64,000 nt of DNA, taken from positions 1 to 64,000 of the IMG/VR virus record IMGVR_UViG_3300020000_000010; one strand, given 5' to 3'. The DNA comes from a virus. Shown here piece by piece: positions 48,551-57,651 of this stretch (position 1 is its first letter; the number at the start of each line of letters is the position of its first letter). The translations under genes and the position numbers were made by a program. The notes beneath the pieces were generated by a model. The model had not been told where the DNA came from, searched no databases, and was given only the letters and a program-made list of their open reading frames with translations.

Positions 48551-49348
48551 TTATTCTGGTAGTTCTATACTCTCTTTTTTATAATATCCTCTATATTTAA
48601 TAGGTTCTGGAACAACAAATCCTTCATAATCTTCTAAAATATATAAAGAATTGTAGTTTTTGTAAAATTCTTGAATTCCTTTATATTCTCCAAATTCTTG
48701 TATATATTCATTAAAGATTAAGGATTCTATAGGAACTCCTAAGTTTTCTTCTAAGAGTTTTTCTACATATTTAATTCCTTTACCTTTAATACCAACTATT
48801 CCGTCAGATTTATCTCCACAAATTACTGATTTCCAGAAGTATACCCTAGCATCTTCTTCTGAAATATTATAAAACTCTTTTTTTCTCCAATTATAAGATA
48901 AACCTTCTAAATTTAAAAGGTCTTTGTCTACACAAATTAGGAAAGAACCTGGAACCTTTTTCCTAGTAATCCTACAAGCATCATCTACCTCAATATCATT
49001 AACTTCTATAGCATTCCAATTATCTATTAAATATTGCTTAGTAAATTCCCAAAATTTTGGCTGTTCCTTACTACGGTTTTGCTTATAGTCTGGATTTATA
49101 GCCAATCTAGATTTAATAGTATTCTTACCTTTTACATAAGCTATATAATATTCTGATTTAGAACTAGTTAGAATTTCATTCATTATTTGATTAGCAGAAT
49201 TCTCTATTTCAAGTTCTGTTTTATCAAAATACTGATATAAACCCTCTTTTTTTATTGGTTGACCAAAGGTATCCAAAACTTTATTTGGATGCATAATTGA
49301 ATAGATAACCGAATCTAAATCTATGACTCCAACCCTCTTACTCTCCAT
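48551..49348 (-). CDS. 5'-3' exonuclease / RNase H (T7 gp6-like)
   Basis: VIDLDSV, YKQNR, EVDDA, CVDKDL, ICGDKSDGIVGIKGKG. Confidence 0.88.
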   Translation of the reverse strand: MESKRVGVIDLDSVIYSIMHPNKVLDTFGQPIKKEGLYQYFDKTELEIENSANQIMNEILTSSKSEYYIAYVKGKNTIKSRLAINPDYKQNRSKEQPKFWEFTKQYLIDNWNAIEVNDIEVDDACRITRKKVPGSFLICVDKDLLNLEGLSYNWRKKEFYNISEEDARVYFWKSVICGDKSDGIVGIKGKGIKYVEKLLEENLGVPIESLIFNEYIQEFGEYKGIQEFYKNYNSLYILEDYEGFVVPEPIKYRGYYKKESIELPE

Positions 49349-49508
49349 CTAAAAGATAATTATCTTTAATTAGTTTTACTATTTTGTTATTTTCTTGATA
49401 GTCTTCCCTCATATCGGAAGATATATGTTCTTGTATCATTAAGGAGGTTGTTGATCTATCTAATGCTTTAACTATTCTTTCTAATAATTCTGAACTTACT
49501 TTATACAT
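49338..49508 (-). CDS. Small hypothetical protein, 56 aa (not in ORF track)
   Basis: MYKVSSELLERIVKALDRS...; fills the gap between ORFs. Confidence 0.45.
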   Translation of the reverse strand: MYKVSSELLERIVKALDRSTTSLMIQEHISSDMREDYQENNKIVKLIKDNYLLDGE

Positions 49509-49512
49509 ATTA

Positions 49513-49848
49513 TTACCCTCCTAAAGCATCATTATCAAAAGAATCAAAAGCTTCTTTATCAAATTCCTCTTCTTCATTAATTTTAGTTGTTTCTAATAAA
49601 TTCTGTCCGTCCATTTGTTTTTCTACAATCATAATCCATTGATCATATAGAACATCTATCAGTTTTTCTTCATCTCTTGTTAATCCTCCTTCAAAATTAT
49701 CTAGGAGCTCAGATAAATAAGATCCTAAGAAATAATCATTCTTTCTTGCAAAAAGATTCATTTTCTTATCATTAGGAAAATTATCTTTAATAGTTTGAAT
49801 AAATTCTTCTGGATATTGTAGAATTAATTTTTGTTTTTGATCACTCAT
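49513..49848 (-). CDS. Hypothetical protein with acidic tail
   Basis: 111-aa ORF in a co-oriented array. Confidence 0.6.
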   Translation of the reverse strand: MSDQKQKLILQYPEEFIQTIKDNFPNDKKMNLFARKNDYFLGSYLSELLDNFEGGLTRDEEKLIDVLYDQWIMIVEKQMDGQNLLETTKINEEEEFDKEAFDSFDNDALGG

Positions 49849-49851
49849 ATT

Positions 49852-50061
49852 TTATTTTAAATTGTAATTATTACCATCAAATATAAACCTATTGTTATTT
49901 TTAATAGCATTTGATAATTCTAATTTTGTTTTAATTTGTTGATATTCTCCTTCGTAATTAATAAAATATTCAAAATTTTTTTCATCTAAATAATTTCTTC
50001 CAAACAAAGGGCCATCCTCATCTATTGGTTCATCTAGCCAATTACTTCCAAATAGTGCCAT
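49852..50061 (-). CDS. Hypothetical protein with a short internal repeat
   Basis: LFGSNWLDE / LFGRNYLDE. Confidence 0.55.
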   Translation of the reverse strand: MALFGSNWLDEPIDEDGPLFGRNYLDEKNFEYFINYEGEYQQIKTKLELSNAIKNNNRFIFDGNNYNLK

Positions 50062-50073
50062 TATTTTAATAAA

Positions 50074-50658
50074 TTATATTTTATATATTGTAATTACTAA
50101 CTTATTATTCCTAGTATCGTCTATAGGTATAAAAGAACATGGTATTTCCTGTAAATATATAGGTTTATCATCTTCTATAATCCCTTTAAGAGCATCTAAA
50201 GAACATTTCCTATAGATTAATGAAAGATTATCAATATCTTGAGTTTCTTCATTAATTATATCATAAAATTCTAATAATACTCCTATAGGATAATCATCTC
50301 TTTTTAAAGGTTTTAGATTATTTTCCTTATAAATATCCTTAAAATAATTCTTTAAATCTCTAGCTATTTTTGCTCTAAGAAAGTGATCCATACCTGACCA
50401 AATATCATTTCCTCTAATCTTCTTAAATCTAGGAGTACCTGCCACTCTAGGATTTGCTATAATTTTAGAATCATCTTGTACATTTACAAGTATTCCTTTA
50501 CTATTAAAGTTAAAGAATTCCTCATTATGAAGATATTTTTTAGGTATTTTCTGTCCTTTCTTAAAGAACTTAGCTCTTCTTTGTTTACTCAACTGCACAT
50601 ATTTTATATAGTTTGGTATTTCTACCTTATATAAGATATTTCCTTCCTCTATTTTCAA
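50074..50658 (-). CDS. RusA-like Holliday junction resolvase
   Basis: DIDNL...K...DAL.G.IEDD catalytic pattern. Confidence 0.7.
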   Translation of the reverse strand: MKIEEGNILYKVEIPNYIKYVQLSKQRRAKFFKKGQKIPKKYLHNEEFFNFNSKGILVNVQDDSKIIANPRVAGTPRFKKIRGNDIWSGMDHFLRAKIARDLKNYFKDIYKENNLKPLKRDDYPIGVLLEFYDIINEETQDIDNLSLIYRKCSLDALKGIIEDDKPIYLQEIPCSFIPIDDTRNNKLVITIYKI

Positions 50659-50670
50659 ATTGCTTATTTA

Positions 50671-50847
50671 TTAAGGCATTATTTCATCTAATGCATTTTC
50701 TACATCTTTTCCAGCAGATTTTATTAATTTTTTTGTATTTTCAGGATCTTCTCCTAAAACCACATCTATAGTATCTTTTACTATTACCACAGGAGTTAGT
50801 GCTAATTTAACTCCAGAACTTATTATATTTCCTATAAATCCAAACAT
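50671..50847 (-). CDS. Small hypothetical protein, 58 aa (not in ORF track)
   Basis: MFGFIGNIISSGVKLALTPVVIVKDTIDVVLGEDPENTKK... Confidence 0.55.
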   Translation of the reverse strand: MFGFIGNIISSGVKLALTPVVIVKDTIDVVLGEDPENTKKLIKSAGKDVENALDEIMP

Positions 50848-50861
50848 ATTTAATTTATTTA

Positions 50862-51083
50862 TTATAATTCTTCTTCATTAACTAAAGATTTATAGTTTTC
50901 TAAAGCTTGTTTATGAATATTAGATCCTTCAAAAGTTTCTACAGATCCTGTACAATCTTCTCCCCAACCTTCTTCTTGTAAGTCTTCTTGTTTACTAGCA
51001 TCTTCTTGAGACAAATACCAATCTAAGGAAACAGATCCATCTCCTCCATTAAAACAAGCATAATATAGTGTTATTTTTTTCAT
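50862..51083 (-). CDS. Hypothetical acidic protein
   Basis: NGGDGSVS and EGWGEDC motifs. Confidence 0.6.
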   Translation of the reverse strand: MKKITLYYACFNGGDGSVSLDWYLSQEDASKQEDLQEEGWGEDCTGSVETFEGSNIHKQALENYKSLVNEEEL

Positions 51084-51166
51084 ATTATTTATTTTATTCC
51101 TTTTTCAAACTCTATAAAATCTTGAGTTACTTTTACTACTTTTAATTTTTCCATTATATCAAACTA

Positions 51167-51442
51167 TTAATTAACTATAAATAATTCATTAAACTCTTCT
51201 AAAGTATATTCTTTCCTTTTTTGATCTTTTCTATATTTTGCCCAAAAAGAAATATCTTCCTTATTAGACTCTGCTATTTTAAGATCTTCTTCTAAAGGCA
51301 TATAAGAATGCCAATTTCCTTGAATATTGCTAAATTCAACAATTATTTTATCCCTTTCTGATTTAGTAAAACATGTAGTTATTAATAAAGAATAAGGAAT
51401 ATTATTATATTTAGAACTATCTTTAAAAAATAAATATTTCAT
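51167..51442 (-). CDS. Hypothetical protein
   Basis: ATGA-coupled to the primase stop. Confidence 0.55.
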   Translation of the reverse strand: MKYLFFKDSSKYNNIPYSLLITTCFTKSERDKIIVEFSNIQGNWHSYMPLEEDLKIAESNKEDISFWAKYRKDQKRKEYTLEEFNELFIVN

Positions 51443-52470
51443 ATTAAACTATTAATTAAATCTTTAGCATATTCTAAACTATACTTTTTTACTACTTCTG
51501 ATATATCTTTACATCCCAGTTCTATAGGTATAAAGATTTCTTGTATATTATACATATTTGCTATTTTGTGTGATATTTCTATTCCTGTTACATCATTATC
51601 ATAAAAGAGTATTATATCCTTAAATCTATATTTAAGTTCATTATATTGAAGATTTTCAAGTAAAACACCCTCATTCATCAAAGATATAGAATCAAATCCT
51701 AACTTTTTCAAATAAAGTCTATCTTTTCTTGATTTGGTAATAAATAATAAATTTCCTTTTATAGGAAGTTTATTATATCCATCAATTATAGATTTATTTC
51801 CTGAATATAACCATTTCCATTGCTTTTTAGCAAAAGGACAATATATCTTATAAAATACTTCTTCGTGTACTATATACTTATAAGCATATATAGGATTATC
51901 ATTTGTATAAAATTTTATTAGTTTATCATTTAAATATACTAATTTACAGGAGATTACATCTTCTATAATATCAGATAACTCTAAAGGATTCCAATAATCT
52001 ATATCAACCTTGGTAAAAGGTTGTTCTTGTATAGTTATTTTACTTTCTTTTCTTGTACTATCAACATATCCCATAGGGCTACTCCCCAAAAGGAACTCAG
52101 AAGTAATATTCCTACTACTATATACCATATTTCCTGTGGATTTATTCCTAACATCTTTATATAGATTAAAATCATTAACTATTACTTTTATTGCTTCAGG
52201 TAAACTTAAATTATATTTCTTTTGAATAAATTGAAAACAATTAAATATCTCTCCTGTAGCCCAATCTTTACCTAATATTTTTCCTTTATATTCATTAAAT
52301 TTAAAAGAAGGATTATTTTCTTTTCTAAAAGGAGATAGAATATAAGAATTAAATTTAATAGATTGGTTTAAATAATATTCATATATTGTTTTTTGATCTA
52401 CTAAAGATAATACTTCTTCCATAGAAAAAGTTTTCTTTTTTTCTTCTACTTTTGAAAAGTTTAATATCAT
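51439..52470 (-). CDS. dnaG: DNA primase (crAss-like, TOPRIM)
   Basis: SPFRKENNPSF..KDWATG N-terminal domain; LFITKSRKD, NEG, LFYDNDVTG, KDISE TOPRIM motifs. Confidence 0.85.
   Translation of the reverse strand: MILNFSKVEEKKKTFSMEEVLSLVDQKTIYEYYLNQSIKFNSYILSPFRKENNPSFKFNEYKGKILGKDWATGEIFNCFQFIQKKYNLSLPEAIKVIVNDFNLYKDVRNKSTGNMVYSSRNITSEFLLGSSPMGYVDSTRKESKITIQEQPFTKVDIDYWNPLELSDIIEDVISCKLVYLNDKLIKFYTNDNPIYAYKYIVHEEVFYKIYCPFAKKQWKWLYSGNKSIIDGYNKLPIKGNLLFITKSRKDRLYLKKLGFDSISLMNEGVLLENLQYNELKYRFKDIILFYDNDVTGIEISHKIANMYNIQEIFIPIELGCKDISEVVKKYSLEYAKDLINSLI
52035..52154 (-). CDS. Candidate overprinted 39-aa single-TM peptide nested in the primase linker (+1 frame)
   Basis: MLGINPQEIWYIVVGILLLSSFWGVALWDMLIVQEKKVK-TAA. 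Confidence 0.4.
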   Translation of the reverse strand: MLGINPQEIWYIVVGILLLSSFWGVALWDMLIVQEKKVK

Positions 52471-52649
52471 TATCTTATTTCAACTAAAAGAACTTCACAT
52501 TCTTCTATTTTATTTTTTATTAAATCACAAATTACAAAAGTTTTATCATTATTTTCTTTCTTCTGAAGTTTTAAGTAAGTATCTTTAATTGCTTTTAAGA
52601 ATACTTTTAAATGATTTTTATAATCGTCTTTTCTTGCTAATATAGGCAT
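52470..52649 (-). CDS. Small hypothetical protein, 59 aa (not in ORF track)
   Basis: MPILARKDDYKNHLKVFLKAIKDTY...; TAATG coupling with the primase start. Confidence 0.55.
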   Translation of the reverse strand: MPILARKDDYKNHLKVFLKAIKDTYLKLQKKENNDKTFVICDLIKNKIEECEVLLVEIR

Positions 52650-52674
52650 TATATTTATTATATAAAAGAGTAGG

Positions 52675-52750
52675 CAGATAGTATAGGAGTCGAACCTATA
52701 TCTTCTAACCCGTGAGATCTAATGCTTTATCCTAATTAAGCTAACTACCC
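52675..52750 (-). tRNA. tRNA-like element with degenerate anticodon arm (best reading anticodon CAC; possibly pseudo-tRNA)
   Basis: Acceptor GGGTAGT/ACTATCT, D arm GCTT/AAGC, T arm ATAGG-TTCGACT-CCTAT. Anticodon stem pairs poorly; no encoded CCA. Confidence 0.65.
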
Positions 52751-52784
52751 ACCTACTCTTATTTCTTTATATTATTCTAAAAAT

Positions 52785-53330
52785 TTAGAAAGGTAGATCA
52801 TCTACCATAGCACTAGCACTCTTTGGAGGAGTAGTAGTTGTAGTAGAACCTTCTAAAGGTTTATAATCATATCTACTTTCTTTATCTAATTTCAATTTTG
52901 TTTCATTTCTAGGTACAGAAATCTCTTCTGCAAAATCCCATAAACCAATAACAGCTCTTGTATAGATATTATCATCAGTTCCTCGGAATTCTTCAGCAGA
53001 GAACTTAATCCTTACCTTTTTACCTGTTAATAACTTATTAAACAGATCTAAACTCATATCTTTACTAACATCTTCTGGAGAAATACACCTAGAAGCTAAA
53101 GTATGTAGTTTTTGTAAAGTATATTTCATAGCACCACTTGAAAGACTCATTCTTTCTGTATGCTCTAATCCTCCTGTAGAAATAAATCCTACTTCAATTT
53201 GATCTTTTCCTCCTTGAGTTTTACTAGCTATAATACCAGTAATTGTACAATCTTCAATACTAAATCCTTTAATTTTTGTACTTTTTTTAACTTCTTTTTG
53301 TTCTACCTCACTAAAATTCAAATTTACCAT
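52785..53330 (-). CDS. ssb: Single-stranded DNA-binding protein
   Basis: OB-fold-like body, flexible linker, acidic DDLPF tail, downstream of the AAA ATPase. Confidence 0.7.
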   Translation of the reverse strand: MVNLNFSEVEQKEVKKSTKIKGFSIEDCTITGIIASKTQGGKDQIEVGFISTGGLEHTERMSLSSGAMKYTLQKLHTLASRCISPEDVSKDMSLDLFNKLLTGKKVRIKFSAEEFRGTDDNIYTRAVIGLWDFAEEISVPRNETKLKLDKESRYDYKPLEGSTTTTTPPKSASAMVDDLPF

Positions 53331-53346
53331 TTTTCTTTCTTTTTTT

Positions 53347-54027
53347 TTAATTATTATATTTATTTATCTCACTTAGTACAAATACTAAATCATTAGGGAT
53401 TATTTTATCTGCAAACATTCCTCTTGGTGATTTACCAGTATTTGATCCATTATTTTGGGTTATAAAAACATAAGAAACCCCTTCATCATTCTTAATCACA
53501 TCTGTATATAAAACAATAGCAAACATTCCTTCAAATGTTATTACTGAATTTAACATTTTGCCAATTGTTTTAGCTCTTGTGATTTTATTACCATCAGCAT
53601 CTAAATCAGTTTCTGAATGGCACATAAATACTACTACTAAATCTTCCCTTAGATCTTTAACAGCATTTACTATACTCCAAGCATTTTGACCAATATCATT
53701 GAATTTTTTAAATCCAGTTTCATTAGTTCTACGCATATATTCATTACACATAACATATTGATAATCATCAATAATTATGGTTTTTATATCATCTCTTTTT
53801 TGTGATATATATTCTAATACTTTTAAAATATCTCCAGTATTATCTGTAGCTAAATAGTTTCCTCGAGGATTATCTTTACCAAAAGTACTATAATTAGCTT
53901 TCCATCCCTTAAAAGGTAATGGTTTCTTTGCTACATTAATTATAAATGTAGTCTTTGGATCTAACTTCTCCATTGAGGTACTTTTTCCTGTACCTGAGCC
54001 TCCCACAATTAGCAAGTCCTGCGCCAT
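53347..54027 (-). CDS. AAA_24-type ATPase (Sak4-like recombination/replication ATPase)
   Basis: Walker A GGSGTGKST, Walker B IIIDD, KTIGKML, GKSPRGMF. Confidence 0.85.
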   Translation of the reverse strand: MAQDLLIVGGSGTGKSTSMEKLDPKTTFIINVAKKPLPFKGWKANYSTFGKDNPRGNYLATDNTGDILKVLEYISQKRDDIKTIIIDDYQYVMCNEYMRRTNETGFKKFNDIGQNAWSIVNAVKDLREDLVVVFMCHSETDLDADGNKITRAKTIGKMLNSVITFEGMFAIVLYTDVIKNDEGVSYVFITQNNGSNTGKSPRGMFADKIIPNDLVFVLSEINKYNN

Positions 54028-54057
54028 ATTCTCTCTCCTCTATCTTTCTTTTAATTA

Positions 54058-55155
54058 TTATTTATTATTTATTTTATCATATATTTCATTCGTCATATTC
54101 TCTTTTTTAGGTAATTCTTTGAAAAACCCAGTAGCTCCATCAAAATATAAAGGAACATAAGCATTTGCTAATCCATAATGTCTATCTTTAAGAAACTTAA
54201 TAAATCTTACTTTATCCCCTAATTTTCTTATATCATAACCTCTATATTCTTCAATATTATATCTATTTGGTGCAAATATACCTAAAACTAAGTCTGCCTC
54301 TCTCTGAATTTCCTTATTATTTGCTAATCCATCTAAACTAGGTTCTATCTTTTCTTCATTTATTTCTCCTTTATAAAAGTCCTTTCTTTCTTTAGCAGCC
54401 TCTTGTTGTTGTAAAATTACTGTTACACAATTATATCTTTTACAAAAACCTTTTAAAGCATACTCTTTACTAAAATGTCCCATACTATTCCAAAGATCCA
54501 TTTTGATCCCATCTCTAGATTCTGGAGATAATAAATTTATAGAATCTACTACAACAAAATAGTAAGTATCTGGAAAATTATGTTTATAACCTATAACTAT
54601 ATCTCTTCCTTCTTTATCCTTTTTTGTTATATTTTCTCCTATTTCTGGATTTTCAAAATATTCTCTAACATTCTTATATATTCCAAATCCATTATGAATA
54701 TAATACATTACTTCTACATAGTTAGAAAGCTCATCTACAACTTTTTCACATTCTTTTACTCTAAGTAAATGTTCATCTGATATAATATAGTTTCCTAAAG
54801 ACTTTAATTGAGCTGTAGATAATATTATATTAAATTCTTCATATAACATTGAAGAAATAAAAGATAACCAGAATTCATCTTCTGTTTCCTCTAGAGCAAA
54901 ATATTTAATCCTAGCTTTTATATCAGGATTTACCTTTATAAAATTATATATATGGATAATAGTAAGATATTTACATAGTTTGGTTTTACCAATTCCAGAA
55001 TTAGCAGTTATAATTGTAAATTTACCTTTTTCCCAACCTGGATATTTTTCAGCTAATCTAGGAAAAGGAGGACTAATTGTTGTAGATTTACCTTCTTTCT
55101 TTAATTGCTGATTATTCTTAATCTTTTCATATAATATATCAAATGTCTTCCCCAT
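54058..55155 (-). CDS. dnaB: Replicative helicase, DnaB-like (SF4)
   Basis: ANSGIGKT, YFALEE, VVVDSI, QQQ, IQREADLVLGIF, LKDRHYG. Confidence 0.8.
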   Translation of the reverse strand: MGKTFDILYEKIKNNQQLKKEGKSTTISPPFPRLAEKYPGWEKGKFTIITANSGIGKTKLCKYLTIIHIYNFIKVNPDIKARIKYFALEETEDEFWLSFISSMLYEEFNIILSTAQLKSLGNYIISDEHLLRVKECEKVVDELSNYVEVMYYIHNGFGIYKNVREYFENPEIGENITKKDKEGRDIVIGYKHNFPDTYYFVVVDSINLLSPESRDGIKMDLWNSMGHFSKEYALKGFCKRYNCVTVILQQQEAAKERKDFYKGEINEEKIEPSLDGLANNKEIQREADLVLGIFAPNRYNIEEYRGYDIRKLGDKVRFIKFLKDRHYGLANAYVPLYFDGATGFFKELPKKENMTNEIYDKINNK

Positions 55156-55744
55156 AATTTACAGCCTTCTCCTCTGCCTTTCCATTATTTATATTCTCCA
55201 TTCTATTAACAATATTTTCACACTCTCCAGAAAGCATTGAAATACCATCTTTTTCTATGAAATAAGGAGCTAATTTCATATATTGATAATCATTCTGCCT
55301 AGCAGTATTAATATAGTATTCTGTAGCCTTAAAAATGATTTCTTTATCATATTCAGGATGATCTTTACAGAACTTTATTAATTTCTTTAAACAACCATTC
55401 TTATCACACCTTATTGGATAACCTCCACTTCTAACTCTTTTTGGAAATAGATTATACCAATCATCTATCCAATTATGTACTTTTTCTTGTGGAGGAGATC
55501 CTCTTATTCCTTCTTTATAGTCTTGGAATAGACTTTTAAGCTTTTCTGTTATAATAAAACCATTTTTACCACCAGTTATAAATCCTTTTTTAACTAATGT
55601 ATTACAATCTTCTTCTGTAAAGAGTTCTATATTAGTTTCATATTCTTTTATAAAATCCTGTTTATTAGTATATAACAAAAAAGCAAGTAAATACTCCCTT
55701 GCTGTGAGAGTATTTACTATTAACTTTTCTATTAATTTATTCAT
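55139..55744 (-). CDS. Putative replication initiator/helicase-loader-like protein
   Basis: wHTH-like N-terminus, W.NLFP...YMKLAPYFI; directly upstream of the helicase. Confidence 0.45.
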   Translation of the reverse strand: MNKLIEKLIVNTLTAREYLLAFLLYTNKQDFIKEYETNIELFTEEDCNTLVKKGFITGGKNGFIITEKLKSLFQDYKEGIRGSPPQEKVHNWIDDWYNLFPKRVRSGGYPIRCDKNGCLKKLIKFCKDHPEYDKEIIFKATEYYINTARQNDYQYMKLAPYFIEKDGISMLSGECENIVNRMENINNGKAEEKAVNYGEDI

Positions 55745-55815
55745 TTATTTTCCCAGGGTTGTGTTAGTTTATATAGCCAATATAATAACCAAATAAATAC
55801 AATTATTTCAATCAT
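55741..55815 (-). CDS. 24-aa membrane micro-peptide (not in ORF track)
   Basis: MIEIIVFIWLLYWLYKLTQPWENK; ATGA-coupled to the next gene. Confidence 0.45.
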   Translation of the reverse strand: MIEIIVFIWLLYWLYKLTQPWENK

Positions 55816-55903
55816 TTATCTTATCTTTATAATAATTAACTATTTCTACTGCTATAAGTAATCCTACAATTACTCCAACTAAGAATATAATAATACTAAA
55901 CAT
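55808..55903 (-). CDS. 31-aa membrane micro-peptide (not in ORF track)
   Basis: MFSIIIFLVGVIVGLLIAVEIVNYYKDKIND; overlaps both neighbours by 8 nt. Confidence 0.5.
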   Translation of the reverse strand: MFSIIIFLVGVIVGLLIAVEIVNYYKDKIND

Positions 55904-56138
55904 TTTCTTCTAATTTTTGTTCATAATACTTAATAATCTTATTTGATTCTTCCTCAATCTTTTTAGAGATTATACCATTAATATATTCTATAATCATCTT
56001 TTTTCCTGTATTCTTATCAATATCCTCATCTAGATCCTTTATAAAGTTCTCTAAATCAATAACTTCTTCTTCTGTTAGCATAGGTATTAAATCTTTTATA
56101 AAAGTTAATATTTTATTATATTCTTCTCCTTCTAGCAT
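55896..56138 (-). CDS. Hypothetical acidic helical protein
   Basis: 80-aa coupled ORF. Confidence 0.55.
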   Translation of the reverse strand: MLEGEEYNKILTFIKDLIPMLTEEEVIDLENFIKDLDEDIDKNTGKKMIIEYINGIISKKIEEESNKIIKYYEQKLEENV

Positions 56139-56353
56139 TAATAACGAATATTAAGTAATTTATAATAATCCATTAAAGCAGAAGTCTCAGATCCAAAATC
56201 AGGTTCAAAATAATCATCTATCTCTTCATCAGAAATACTAATTTGAAGATTTTCATCTCTTATTTTTCTTACTAACTTTTTATAATCTTTAACCAAAGGA
56301 GTATCTTCCTTTTTAGGCTTTACTTCTTTTGTTGCATAAGATATATTAGACAT
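56138..56353 (-). CDS. Hypothetical protein
   Basis: 71-aa coupled ORF. Confidence 0.55.
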   Translation of the reverse strand: MSNISYATKEVKPKKEDTPLVKDYKKLVRKIRDENLQISISDEEIDDYFEPDFGSETSALMDYYKLLNIRY

Positions 56354-56364
56354 ATTTTAATAGA

Positions 56365-57651
56365 TTAGGTTACTAAATCTTCTTTTACCTTAATAAAGCT
56401 AATTCCAGCTTCTGTTTGATGTTTATATTCAATAATAGCATCCCTATCAAAGAAACCAAAAGGAACAAGTTCCATTCTATTTTTTTTACATCTAGCAGAT
56501 TTCTTTTCTATTTTCTTTAGAAAGCTTTTAGTAGGATTAGGTATTTCTGTTACCATTCTCTTATATTCAGAAAATTTTCTAGCATAAGTTTCCTTAGCAA
56601 AAATATCAAAGTTAGTCCTAATATCATATTCAGATAATAAGATTAAATCAACATTTTCTTTAATTTTCTTAACATAGATCTCAAACCTAGTTTTAAAACT
56701 CATAACCTCTACAATATCTCCCTTTTTAAACTTATTAAAGGCTATATTAGTCACTAAAAGTATTTGGTTATAGTTATACTCAGTAATTGCTATTTTTAAT
56801 GGTAGAGCTACAGAATTCTCTTTTTTATTAAAGAATCTTCCTAAAGCATTTTTCATCCCATCTAATAATCCTTTACCTTCTTCTTCATCTTCAGAATCAT
56901 CTTCTATTTCATTATTTGGTAAAATAAGATTAGAATTATTAGTTTCTTCTTTTTTAGCTTTATGCTCTTCCTCTTTAGGAACTATTGGATTAAAAGTAGA
57001 TAATACAACCTTATCTTCAACTCCTCCTACATTCCTTATAGAAGAATTACAATATCCTTTATTAGAAAAGAAATATCCAGAATCTTCAATAAATCCTTGA
57101 GAACAAACTAAACCTTTATCTGGAAATAGAATAACAATCTTATTCCATCCTAAAAATCCTATATTATCAAATACCATATCAAACTCTTCAGTATCCTCTT
57201 TAAAGAACTCTAAAAGATGTTTATTATTCATAAATTCATGAACAAAATGATAAGTATCTGAATATACTGAATTTTTATAAGCATATTCTCCAAATATTCC
57301 ATTATGAGCTAAAGTAGGTTTACTTACCCAGCCTTCTAATGTTAATATCTCATCTTGCTTAGTAGAAATAACAAAAGGATGGCAATTTAAATCATCTGTT
57401 TTACCACTAGTTCCTATTCTCATATGAACCATTAATTCATCATCTAATTGTAAATCAGCCTCTTCTAAAGAATTTAATAGATTTTTAATACTAAAATATC
57501 CTTTAGATATAAAAACTTCTTTATCATTTCCTGCTTTTTTATAGGAATATCCCATTCCTTGTGTATTACTAATAGCACCAGATCTAATAGAATCTATAAA
57601 AAACTTACTATATTTTTCTGTTCCCTTAGGAGCAACACATATTAAACACAT
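56365..57651 (-). CDS. Class II (Ntn) glutamine amidotransferase with C-terminal extension
   Basis: MCLI (Cys2), N.QG.G, HMRIGTSG, NCHPF, LAHNGIF, SDT. Confidence 0.88.
   Translation of the reverse strand: MCLICVAPKGTEKYSKFFIDSIRSGAISNTQGMGYSYKKAGNDKEVFISKGYFSIKNLLNSLEEADLQLDDELMVHMRIGTSGKTDDLNCHPFVISTKQDEILTLEGWVSKPTLAHNGIFGEYAYKNSVYSDTYHFVHEFMNNKHLLEFFKEDTEEFDMVFDNIGFLGWNKIVILFPDKGLVCSQGFIEDSGYFFSNKGYCNSSIRNVGGVEDKVVLSTFNPIVPKEEEHKAKKEETNNSNLILPNNEIEDDSEDEEEGKGLLDGMKNALGRFFNKKENSVALPLKIAITEYNYNQILLVTNIAFNKFKKGDIVEVMSFKTRFEIYVKKIKENVDLILLSEYDIRTNFDIFAKETYARKFSEYKRMVTEIPNPTKSFLKKIEKKSARCKKNRMELVPFGFFDRDAIIEYKHQTEAGISFIKVKEDLVT

Noticed and set aside
52700-52725. Opal-suppressor reading (TCA) of the tRNA-like element
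   Set aside because: It needs a non-canonical loop without U33, and there are no in-frame TGA codons to suppress.
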